From Octopus vulgaris (Eukaryota): a stretch of 64,000 bases of DNA. Location of the stretch: assembly GCA_951406725.2 (NCBI GenBank), contig OX597832.1, forward strand, positions 12,400,001-12,464,000. The letters are read 5' to 3'. Position numbers and translations under genes: made by a program. Below the pieces are notes generated by a model that saw nothing but the letters and a program-made list of their open reading frames with translations, was not told where the DNA came from and ran no database searches. Positions within the stretch are counted from its first letter, which is position 1, and each line of letters opens with the position of its first letter. Positions 14,008 to 25,952 of the stretch are shown here, in pieces.

Positions 14008-14836
14008 GTGAGCCTTAGGATTAAAAGTGTAATTTTATATCAGTTGCACTCTTATGAACTTACAAAATACAAGATTCACTTTTTTTTTCCTGTTTTACAT
14101 GTGTCCCAATACCTGGATTATATCCACTTACATTTCGACCGTGGCACTATAAATCATATTTTTGTCTCTCCTTCCGCGTAGAAACTCGAACCATATTTTG
14201 TTATTTTGATCTCCGTCTTATGTCAACCACAAAATATCTGATTATGTTTTTAGATATATCAGCATTGCAACATCGATTCATTCTCTTAATCTTCTCATCT
14301 CATATATTTTACGACATCCAATTATTTTTCGTTTTCTTAACAGTTCTTCTTAGATACACTTGTTTTGCCCATAGGGGAATTTCAAACGAGAAAGGAAAGA
14401 CAATAACACTTATTGATTATACAGTGTTTCTGGCACGAACGGCGGTGACATGTACATCCCTAAGGGTGTAGTGATAGTAGAAGCAGCAGTCTTAATCAGA
14501 AAGATGCATTGATACCAGAAAAACTCGGTTAGCCACTAATGATATCCAATGTCATTAGAAGGCTAAGGGAATATTAGATTGGTCTCTCTCTTCCTAATAT
14601 ATGAGGTGTCATCAAATGAAGACACATAAATATTACAATTAGACTCAGTTATTAACACTTTCCTATGAAGACAGATAATTAATAAGAGGTAACGAAGGTA
14701 TAAAGATAGTAATACATACTATGTGGAGCAATGGTTTAGTAGATAATAATTCATACAAAGTGACTTAGAATAATCTTTAGTTCTAGAAGCACATGGCCTG
14801 AAATATGGGGTGAGAGAACTAGTAGACTTCAGCACA

Positions 14837-14837
<1 letters not shown>

Positions 14838-14927
<90 letters not shown>

Positions 14928-14990
14928 CCTATCTATCTATTTATCTATCTATCTACCTATCTATCTACCTACCTATCTATCTATCTATCT
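14838..14990. repeat. (ATCT)n microsatellite
   Basis: Directly visible. Confidence 0.97.
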
Positions 14991-15141
14991 ATATACGACG
15001 GGCTTCTTTCAGTTTTCGTCTGCCAAATCCACTTACAGGGTTTTGGTCGGCCTAAGGCTATGGTAGAAGACACTGGTCCAGGGTGCCACGCTATGGGACT
15101 GAACCCGGAATTATGTGGTTGGGAAGCCAGCTTCTTACCAC
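14991..15141 (-). mobile_element. 5' half of SINE family B, ending at the (ATCT)n tract
   Basis: ATATACGACGGGCTTCTTTCAGTT...GGGACTGAACCCGGAA...CTTCTTACCACA matches the family-B head. Confidence 0.88.
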
Positions 15142-16026
15142 ATCGTCAACATTATCTTCATTGTTAACGAAGTTGTTGCTGGTTTTAATCTCACGTCATT
15201 TCTACTCGCGAACATGACTATGGTCACAGGCATTCCATTAATGACCATCTAGCATGTTTTTCTTCTGGTTTTTCGCTCGGTGATTTTGAGTAGTCGAAAA
15301 TTGTGTGGAGACTAGTCGAATGAACTGTACTTTTGATTCCACATTGACAAACAGTGCATTAGACAGATCCTGCATTGGATTTAAGTAATGCTTACGTGAA
15401 TCTACCGTATACTAAGCTACTTATACAGTGATTCAATAAGATTGGTTGTTAAGCAAATCGAACCATTGAAATTCTCATATGAGAAACCAACGGAGATTTG
15501 TCTACTTACCTACTGCTACGTTATCTAATATGGTTCTTATCTTTTAAATAAAGGCAAGTTTTGATTTGAAGCAGATCTTTGTGCAAGTTAATGTAACACT
15601 TGCAAACAATACGAAGCGGCTTCTCTTCTCGGTTTGACAATCTAGCTGTTCGTTGTCAGAGTTGCATCCGCCACCATTCAGTAAAGTTAATAAATAACAG
15701 TTTGTTGTCGGGTATCAGATATGGGTGTATACTGTGGAGAATTGCGCTCATTGACCAACTGTGATTCAATGCCATGAATGAGAATATTTATACCATCTCA
15801 CAGAAAATTTTGTGATGGAAAACCGAACTTCACAGAATACGTGAAAGCTAAGATGCTGCTCGTGTTATTTTTGCAGTTTACCCACAGTTTACCCTCAGTG
15901 GCTGAGCAAACCAATCAACAAAGGTAGTCCAGTCATGACCACTGACTAAAAATTAAAAAAATTCTAGCACCTCGTGCATGTGAGAAGTTAGGGGGCAATT
16001 TGACTGGAATCCAGTTGATACTTCTA

Positions 16027-16089
<63 letters not shown>

Positions 16090-16112
16090 TGGAATACATT
16101 CTTTTAGAATTA

Positions 16113-16527
16113 GGCGGCGAGCTGGCAGAAACGTTAGCACGCCGGGCGAAATGCTTAGCGGTATTTCGTCTGCCGTTACGTTGTAAGTTCAAATTCCGCC
16201 GAGGTCGACTTTGCCTTTCATCCTTTCGGGGTCGATAAATTAAGTACCAGTTAAGCACTGGGGTCGATATAATCGACTTAATACCTATGTCTGTCCATGT
16301 TTGTCCTCTCTATGTTTAGCCCCTTGTGGGTAATAAAGAAATAGGTATTTCGTCTGCGTTACGTTGTGAGTTCAAATTCCGCCGAGGTCGACTTTGCCTT
16401 TCATCCTTTCGGGGTCGATAAATTAAGTACCAGTTACGCACTGGGGTCAATGTAATCGACTTAATACCTATGTCTGTGCATGTTTGTCCCCTCTGTGTTT
16501 AGCCCCTTGTGGGTAGTAAAAAAATAA
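16113..16527 (+). mobile_element. SINE family A, dimeric form (full unit plus headless second unit) with ~17-bp TSD
   Basis: GGCGGCGAGCTGGCAGAA head. The core GTCGACTTTGCCTTTCATCCTTTCGGGGTCGATAAATTAAGTACCAG occurs twice. Flanks GAATACATTCTTTTAGA (16092-16108) and GAATGCATTTTTTTAGA (16528-16544) match at 15/17. Confidence 0.93.
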
Positions 16528-17118
16528 GAATGCATTTTTTTAGACTAACCTATAAGGCGTCGTTGTCATTAACTTTGTTGACGTCGTTGTCGCCGTGTAT
16601 CCCTTGCTTTGATCGAGCTTAACTCTGATCTCAGTGGTAGCTCTTATGACCATCTTGATTTATTTTCATACAAAATGTTTTGGATTACATTAAACTTATG
16701 CGTTGCAATTTGTCATCGTCTAGGAAAATTCTATGATGAGATCTTAGAGCTTATAAAAGAAGTGCCATTCTCTTTACCATACATGAGTGGTATGTTGTGC
16801 ATATGTCTGTGTATGTGTGTGTGTAAATCGCGCAGACGTATAGAAACGTTCGTGCAATATGTAGAAATATGTATTAGAAACTCATAAAACATGTAAACTA
16901 CAGAATGAAGGATAAAAGAAATTGCATTTCATATTTCTTTATTTAACAAAGTCTAACTACACATTAAACTAGCGACCACCATCCCAGTTTGCAATTTAAA
17001 TACCGACGAAAGCAGTTGAAACATAGCAACGATATAATATTAAAATTGAAGCAAGCATAATTTACTTGCTAGACTTGACAAAATGCCAACATCATCTCTT
17101 ATATACATACATACATAC

Positions 17119-17213
<95 letters not shown>

Positions 17214-17880
17214 CATTTCTATATGTCTTTAATTTTAAATTCTAAACTTCGTCATTTTAATGGTACTAGCTTCTGAAACATTAATTTCAAATGTAATTTA
17301 AAAGACTAACAACAATGGCATTATAAGATAAAACAGCAGGAAAAAAGAGAGAAAACGAAAATGAAAGAGATAAGAGAAGAAGCAGAAACAGCCACAAACA
17401 TAGAAATATCTAGCCACTCACCACTATCCCAACACCAGCACCATTAGTGAAATAAGAAAAATGATAAGAGAAAACCATACGAAACGCAAGTACATCTCAT
17501 ATGATTGTGTATTGTTTAAGAGAAAATAGTTTATGAAGTGCCAGACACATCTCTCACGAACATAATAAGATTTGGAATTAAATGATATTATTATGCATTG
17601 CTAATGTACTGACTTTAACTTGGAAGGTTTCTTTTTTATTTTTTTATTTTTTTATATTTTTAGCACACGTTATATGGACCAACTTGAACCACGCTATATT
17701 CTCATCAATAACAAAAATGCATTATTAGTACAGCTTGCAATCGAACACTGTAATCATATATATATATATATATATATGTTTGTAAATGTATATGTATATA
17801 TATATACATGCACACACATACATACGATTAACATGTATTAGTGTGCTTATATACGTATATACAAATATACATATAATATA

Positions 17881-18080
17881 CATAGATATATATACGTTTA
17901 GATATATCTATGCATAGAGGTGTATATACATGTATATATATATTACATATATATATGTATATATATACATATATATACATAGATATATATACGTTTAGAT
18001 ATATCTATGCATAGAGGTGTATATACATGTATATATATATTACATATATATATGTATATATATACATATATATACATAGA
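17881..18080. repeat. 97-bp tandem duplication within AT-rich simple sequence
   Basis: CATAGATATATATACGTTTAGATATATCTATGCATAGAGGTG... starts at both 17881 and 17978. Confidence 0.9.
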
Positions 18081-18087
18081 GGTGTAC

Positions 18088-18118
<31 letters not shown>

Positions 18119-19086
18119 AATGTGTGTGAGCGTGCACGCGTATGTGTGTTGTCTGTGTGTGTGTGTGTGTGTGTATTTGTGTTTGTGTGTGTGTAGCCTA
18201 TAGAGCAAGTTATTAACCTCATGAACGTCAGGGTATAGATTCAAACTCAAGACCTACAACGTTCTTCAATGAGAGTCGACATTTCACCATACTTCGGTTT
18301 ACTCAGCCTTGAGAATTTACTACCAATGTTCCTGGTGCAGAGTTACCTCCCTAAAGCCCTCCTTCCCTCTCTCCATCCTGCTCTCCTATCTTAGACGTTG
18401 AGACGGAACAATTGTGTGCAAACGAGGGTTTATCCCTGTCTCCTTGCGAGTGTAAAGAGACATAAAACTTGAGCAAACGCTTGCTGAACTTTACCACGTC
18501 ACTCTCGCCTAAGGTTGTCGGTTGAATGTTTATTTTGCAAGATCAGCTTACAAGCTTTGCTCGAATGTGATGCATCTTGAAAACGTGCCGTTTAGTATTG
18601 CTTCAGTAGAGCACATATCCTGTGGATAGATCGTCGTACATAGAGGCTGGAAAGAGACAATTCTATACGCTCTTAAATGAATTTTCCCCGGACTATAATC
18701 GTTTGCTTTTAGCTTTTAAACAAAACACACACACGTCAAGTATTTGGTATCGTAATGTTTATATTGTGCTGCTATTCTGTGGCAATATATGAATTTATTG
18801 TACTTTGCAAGTAGCAAATTGCAAACCATCGAATAGGTTCTTTTTTTCTTTCTTTTTTTTTTACATTTGTATAACATCGAATTTCAATTTCATCTTCACG
18901 TTTATACAACTCCAGCACAACACATATCGGCCGCTATTGTCTTCACTTCTGAGGCGATTTCGTTTTGCCAAACTGTGAAGTATACAGTAATTCTTTAACA
19001 CATGCCATATGTGCATAGAAACTCGTTTTACGTGCCATGAGTATCTGTACCATTACACTGTACTAAAGAGTAGGGATATTGAATAT

Positions 19087-19247
19087 TGTTGTGTGGACGA
19101 CCCCTGACGATGAAGTAAACTAGCCCATTACGTAGATATAGAGGGAGAAGTCTAGACGTCAGAGAACAGCTGAGTAGAGCAGAGCAGAGAGTGGAGCAGA
19201 ACAGAGTCGAGTGGAGTAGCAGAGGCATCCGAACGTGCGACATAACA
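19087..19247. mobile_element. 161-bp TGTT...AACA element with 5-bp TSD AATAT (tiny solo LTR or Ginger-type MITE)
   Basis: AATAT at 19082-19086 and 19248-19252. Homologous, in opposite orientation, to 21677-21810. Confidence 0.85.
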
Positions 19248-19899
19248 AATATATTGTACCTCTTTAGGCATGAAAATGTACAAAGAAATTTCTTCACACA
19301 TGAACCCTTCATCATCGACCTGGCCAATCGCATAGTCCATTTTATTCTTTGTTATATACAGCCTAGCATGTTTAGTAATATAGCAAAAGTGTCGAGTCAT
19401 TTAAAGCAGAAATTTAGACGGATTTCTGTGGATATATTTATGTAACATTGCCTGTATAATTGAAATCAAGATCAATAATATTCCTTTAAAGTAACTTGCA
19501 TAAATGAAATGTTATAGAAATTATACTCATACATATTTACGAAAAGCTACATTTCATGCAGAACAAACATTGAAAGGGCTCAACTAGACTGAAACATCTT
19601 TGTGTCTTTAATACTTATTGAGTCATTCTCCACTCAAGACTGCATGAACGGAACATATTCAGTGTAGCTACAAATTGTTTGTTCAAACACAACTAATGCA
19701 AGAACTCTCGTTAAGTTTCGTCTCGTGATATATGAAAAACATTAGTTGGGAAACCGTCAGGCGAAACTTAAAGTAGCAACTAATGTGAATTTTGCAATAC
19801 ATTTCATTCGCAGCAATCAGTCTGCATAACAGTAATTTTTTTATGTGTTACAATTAAAATTGCTTCAAAGTAATAACATAAATTTAGAACACACACACG

Positions 19900-19960
<61 letters not shown>

Positions 19961-20916
19961 GTATGTATGTATGTATGTATGTATGTATATATAAATACAT
20001 ATACCTATACATGTATTCCTATATGCATGCATGAAATTGCATAGATGAATACGTTCATGTTTAATACACAGGCACGTGTATGCATTAAAATATGAAAATA
20101 TGAAACAGAATTGAAAATATCAAACCTGCTGAAAAAGTTATTAGAAAAAGAAAATATTAACTAAAAATCAATATATATATATATATACATATAGTAACAA
20201 AAAAGAAAACAAAATTCTAAGAAAGAAAAAACAATACCAACAACAACAAGATCACATAACTATAACTGTCACAAAGGAAATCAAGAAAGTGTACAAGATT
20301 TCTAGCTTTTCTGAAATTTAGGAGAGCTTCTGCTTATATTAGATTTTCTAAGATCTGTCTCGATTAAATTTGCAAGATCACACGATTTTATTAAATTGAA
20401 AATTCTGACTTCGCAATCCGCGTGTTATAAATGTTATCAGTGAAAGATAGAAGAGTGTGTGTTTCTAAGTTTGATTATAATAACATACTAAAACCATGGT
20501 ATCTTGGAATGGATATAAGAAAATCTTATTATATACACTATACATGGTTCTGCAACGTGTTCAAAATTGTTCGTTCGTCGTATAACCCTCTTGGCAATTA
20601 ACTTTCCGCACTGTTTTGATATACAAATCACAGGCACACCCATAAATGCCATAGCTAGAAATAGTCTCATACCGACACACACACAGACAAACAAACATGC
20701 ATCTACAAACGCTGACATATGCACAAGCACGAATCCACCTGCCAGCACACGCATATATATGCGCACCTATGTCTAGAGAAAAAAATATTCTTAACTTTCG
20801 TGATCAAAACTTTATAAATCCTTTTCGTACGAAATATTTTGCTTCTCAAAAATATTTCAACGATCGCGCTATTAGAAAAACACAGACACACACACATTGA
20901 TATGCATGTGTATGTA

Positions 20917-20964
<48 letters not shown>

Positions 20965-20965
<1 letters not shown>

Positions 20966-21163
20966 AGGCGCAATAGCCCAGTGGTTAGGGCAGCGGACTC
21001 GCGGTCGTGGGACCGTGGTTTCGATTCCCAGAGAGGTCGTTCCGAGTGTTTATTGAGCGAAAACACCTAAAGCTCCTTGAGGCTCCGACAGGGGGTGGTG
21101 GCGATCCCTGCTGTACTCTTTCGCTACAACTTTCTCTCACTCTTTCTTCTGTTGGCCTGCTCG
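20965..21163 (+). mobile_element. SINE family C (tRNA-like head)
   Basis: A-box-like TAGCCCAGTGG and B-box-like GTTTCGATTCCC, followed by a body shared with 47853-48134. Confidence 0.9.
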
Positions 21164-21231
21164 TTTATATATACATACAGGTGCGTTTTTATGCAAATGT
21201 GTTTGTTTAATATATATATATATATACATGC

Positions 21232-21268
<37 letters not shown>

Positions 21269-21676
21269 CATACACGCATATGTGTATTTTACATAGATAC
21301 ATATATACATACGTATAAATATATATGCGTGTATGTGTCTGTGAGCAAGTATACTCACATACGCACACACAGGTTATAGCTGATAGCCTGGTTTTCTTAT
21401 TGAGAGATCGGATCAAATATCATTAGCGATTTGGTTAGATATCCGTTATAGTTTGTTTAGTCAATAACCACAATAAACTCGATATACTTTGGCGCACAGT
21501 CAGATAAGTAACTGACTGACGATTGTTATCTGCCAAGCTAGGCTAGCATGAAACACGGACTATAAGAGCATGGTAAACTTAGTGTAAAATATTATAGATC
21601 CCGCTCTCGGAATCTAGTACTGAAATATATCATCATACACATGTTTGCCATGACGCAATAAACGATATTAAGCAAC

Positions 21677-21810
21677 TGTTATGTCGCACGTTCGGATGAC
21701 CTCTACTCAACTTCTATCCTGCTCCTCTACTCTCCTGACGTCTAGGTCTCTCCCAGTATATCTACGTATTGGGCTAGTCTACTTCATCGTCTGGGGGCGT
21801 CCACACAACA
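21677..21810. mobile_element. 134-bp TGTT...AACA element with 5-bp TSD GCAAC (tiny solo LTR or Ginger-type MITE)
   Basis: GCAAC at 21672-21676 and 21811-21815. Inverted homolog of 19087-19247. Confidence 0.85.
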
Positions 21811-23525
21811 GCAACAATGTCCACTGAATGAGGTGAAGAAATTGTCAAGACACTTGAAATTATACATTGCGTCATATAAATTTAACACACACAAACACAC
21901 AATTATACGAAGAATAGCTAGCTAAATAGACAGATAGGTAGGTAGATAAACAGAGAGAGCGAGAGAGAAAAGAGAGATCGGTTACTACATATAACTATAT
22001 ACGAATATCTATCTACTTCATCCGTTAGCCACAGAAAGGAACTTTGTTTCAATAATATATTGTGTATAACGCTTTTTACTTCAGCTACGTGTGTCTGGAA
22101 GACAAACTTCCTTTCAGCGTTATAGATTTGGCAGCGTGTAGTGCTAGACGTCGCAGCATAATCTCTCGAAAATTACTTATTATCTCACGTGAGGAAGTGC
22201 CAAATTACTAAAGGCGAGATAGTCCTGCGTGGAATATCTTCTGTTAGCTCAAACAGGACTAGTCGAAACATAAGGAAGAGCAACTACACCATGGGTGGGA
22301 AAAATTCTTCCATACCGTTTCCCTCTAGCACAAAAGTTTTAGACATTCCTCACATTCAAACATTTATTTACGTTGGCATTTATCCTGGGGTTGTTTGCAA
22401 ATGATAGCTTTACAATCAAAATATGACCCTACCTGACAATACCACCTTTTCAAAATTTCATATATAGGTTTCCACATCTAATATTTGTCTTTTCCCTTCT
22501 TTTAATAGACTGAATCTGAATTAAATGAAATTTCCTCTTTCTTCGTTCATAGATTCTTATTTAATGATGGTAAAATACCTGGTGTTGCCTCTGAAAACCT
22601 TTTTGCATCGCACAATTTTGAGTTCGATGCTATGCAGATCCTGTGATTTAATCTCTAATCATTATATAGTGAAATTTATGAAAGAGTTTCGATTAGAAGG
22701 AAATATCCTGTTTTCATTCATCTATTTTCATTATATTACCGTAGAAGCTAAAACGAACTGCGATGTGTTTGATGATGCAGTGACAACGATCATTGTTAAA
22801 GAATGATAATTAACATCTACTCGTTTTTATTTATCTTTTGCTACCCTGTGTCATCACCTCGTCTATAAATTCCGAGGAAAAATTGCTGCTTCAGTTTCAA
22901 TAAGATAAATCATACAAGTATCAATACTCGTTCTAATTTAATAGCGTCTGAGAACCAACAAAAATGTGCGCCAGTCAATCTGTTCTGGAAAAACATCGAA
23001 TATTTCAGTTTTTGGTTATTCTCTTTTATCACACAGATCAAAAAGAATAAAAACAGAACAAAACTCATATTTTATTCAAGAGTTTATTAAATAAGACTCT
23101 ACAAGGCGATAACGTTATTGTTTTCTTCTTTGAAGAAAAGATTTCAGAAAGCAAACTGCGTATTCTATCATTGATATTAACGCTTATATTTAGACTTCTT
23201 CACAACTTCACAATATTAGTGTTATGTTGGTTAAACACACGCACACACTAGCGAACATTGTTTCGCTTTTCCAAAACTCCCTTATTAAGCTATATTGATA
23301 AATTACAGTTTCTTTGACATGTTTTCGCGAAATTATCAGTCTACTTCATTCACATACGCTTGGTATTTTTTTCAAATATTTCCAAGATAAACAGTAACCA
23401 AAGAAACACTAGCAAAACTGCTGTAAAGTGATGTCTTTTATAGACAAGCATTTTCTTTTTACACCATAGAAAAGAATGTAAAATAAACAAATATAGTTAT
23501 GAAACATCCATTCTTATTGGTTACT

Positions 23526-23822
23526 TGGCTCAGTGGTTAGAGCGTACGACTTACAAGCATGTGGTAGTGAGTTCGATTCCCGGACCGGGTTGTGTATTAT
23601 GCTCTTGAACACTCAGCTGTAGAAATGAGTTGTGACGTCAACGGTGATAAGCTATATCGGACGTTGCCTTTCCCTTGGTTGCCTTTCCATCGGTGGCGTT
23701 GAGAGGTGAGGCTGGCATGCATGGGTGACTGCTATTTTTCCATAAAGAATCTTGGCTTGAGATATGGCTTGGAAGGGAACTAAGTGCAATCTCAAGGTCA
23801 TCCATGACCGAAGGGGTTCGTT
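23526..23822 (+). mobile_element. SINE family D (tRNA-like head, CORE-like middle)
   Basis: A box TGGCTCAGTGG and B box GAGTTCGATTCCC. The head is shared with the 34769 copy. Confidence 0.85.
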
Positions 23823-23965
23823 ATCCATCAGCATGGAACAATATATATATATATGTATGCATGTATATATGTAAGTATGTATGTGTATTTTGTATGCATG
23901 TTTATGCACACGCATACACACACTATACATACGTACACATGCTCATGAATGTAAATAGATGTATA

Positions 23966-24180
23966 GGCGGTGAGCTGGGAGAAAGGTTAGCACGCCGGGC
24001 GATATGCTTAGCGGTATTTCATCTATCTTTACGTTCTGATTTCAAATTCCGCTGGGGTCGACGTTGCCTTTCATCCTTTCTGGGTCGATAAATTAAGTAC
24101 CTGTTGCGTACTGAGGTCGATCTAATCGACTGGCCCCCTCCCCTAAATTTCGGGCCTTCTGCTTCGAGTAGAAAAGAATA
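23966..24180 (+). mobile_element. SINE family A, monomer with ...GGCCTT...AGTAGAAAAG tail
   Basis: Head and core match 16113. The tail matches 43000 and 54181. Confidence 0.9.
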
Positions 24181-25884
24181 TATGTATATAGGGACTGATA
24201 TAAATATATTCATATAGATAGATAGGTAGGTAGGTAGGTAGGTAGGTAGATAGATGTACATGAAGGTTGTGCAGTATTATATAGTTATATCTCAATTTCA
24301 ATTCCTTGCGTTAACCAATAAGCAACAATGATAACCTTCAAAATTTGTTCTCTGAAAATGCATCTTCGAGTAACACTTTCAATATACGCTATTGTTTCTC
24401 AATTTTTATGATCATCTGTATTCTTTTCTTTGCCATGAGAATTGTGTCTGATATGGTGAGCCCTTGACTGCTATTTCTGTGAGGCCAAATTACTATTTTG
24501 AGGCTCTTTCGGTGTCTTCTTTGTAAACCACTTGATAATGGAATCCTAACTAATAAGCCGAGTGATCCTCTTTTCCATGCGTTGAGTTCTATGTTTAGTG
24601 TTTATTAGCCCATTAACTCGTGTACACGAGCAGTACTGTAACATGCGATATATTAGAGCATTATAAATGTTCAGAATATTACTGAGCATGAGTATCGAAC
24701 TAGTCTAATGTGTAGTTTCTAGCTTAAGTAATGTTGCATATTCGATTTTGTGTGATGAGATATTTTAGCGTCTCCAGGAGACAGTGAGTTCGAATGTGGT
24801 TTGGCTATTTAACGTCTTACACTTTCATAACGGGTTTATAACCGAATTTGACCATTCCTCCAGGTTGGGGTACGCGATACAAGATTCAAATAGTAGGTAC
24901 AAGATTCAAATTTTAGTATATTATCGGTATATAGTTTCCTCCATGATATCTGCCTTTTGTATATTAAGTATGTATCAATAATTGTATAGTGGTTCCCTAC
25001 AGCATTTGTTGTATTTCCTAATTTTATTAATGTTTTGTTGTTTTTGATTAGCCCACCGCTTGAAACAACAGAGACCTGTGATCACCATGGAAGCTTAAAC
25101 ACACAACATTTTTTTTTTTGTATTGCGTAATGTGTCCTTAAAACATTCAAGAATGTTGGGGTTGTTTTTGAAAAATATATTGCTACCTTCTCTGGTAGAT
25201 TGTTCAACCACATAAAAGCTCCATTTTTTAGCTGTTATTAAATATCATTGACTGTAAACAAAGTTATATTCCCGCTGACTGATTTTATCGTATAACATTA
25301 TATTATACATGTTCTATGTTGTGACTTTCACAACCGAATATTTCAATATATCCAAGAAGCAAGAATGTCTGTGGTCAGTTCTGTGTAAGAAGTTGATCGC
25401 CGATCGAAACATTTTCAATATTGATATTCCTGAATTAGTATTAGACATTTAGTTACTTCAGGATCGACTCGGCAAAAGAATCGATTCTGATTCCCATCCC
25501 TCCGTGATCAATAAAAAAATCACCAGTATTACACTAAGTTGATTTAATTGGTTGTATCATATCTATAAACACTATGGATATGAAAGATTCATATATTGAA
25601 AAAATAGGAATATAAGCATACAATGCTTCAAGCTGTTCCCTGTGAAAGCAATAATATATAGTCGATGTGCAATTCTTTGTAGTAGGAGCTGGGCTCATAT
25701 GTTTAGTTACTTTATATTTTATTTATTTATTTATTTATTTATTTATTATCTATCCCAATATTTGCGTTGATTCAGCGTATCTAAGATTAAATATTTCCCA
25801 ACTGTAGCAATTCCTGATTTTTATATAGCTTGAAGTAAGATTATATTGTCTAACATGAAATTGTCATTGCTGTATTTTATTTGA

Positions 25885-25952
25885 GGATGTGATTTGAGGA
25901 CAGTTTGCTGTTGTTACTAGCAGGTCCAGCAACTATATAGATATCCCTCATT
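25885..25952. repeat. Fragment of an old dispersed repeat (…GTGATTTGAGG…TTTG(G)CTG(C)T(A)TT(T)CTAGCAGGTC…); related fragments near 250-300, 2515-2560, 4860-4900 and 24450-24500
   Basis: The degenerate motif TAGAAATAACAGCCAAAT, or its reverse complement, recurs at these positions. The family is not classified. Confidence 0.55.

Noticed and set aside
18328-18410. A third TGTT...AACA element (TGTTCC…GGAACA)
   Set aside because: No TSD, and only low-complexity similarity to the 19087/21677 pair.
20965-21035. tRNA gene (also 23526, 34769, 47105)
   Set aside because: A and B boxes are present, but there is no closed acceptor stem or T-run terminator. Each continues into a SINE body.
19087-21810. 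A single 2.7-kb element with long TIRs
   Set aside because: Each small copy has its own TSD, and the outer flanks (AATAT vs GCAAC) do not match.
22190-22270. Mariner YSPDLAPSD-like peptide on the minus strand (YSTQDYLAFSN)
   Set aside because: Too few identities, no other transposase motifs and no TIRs.
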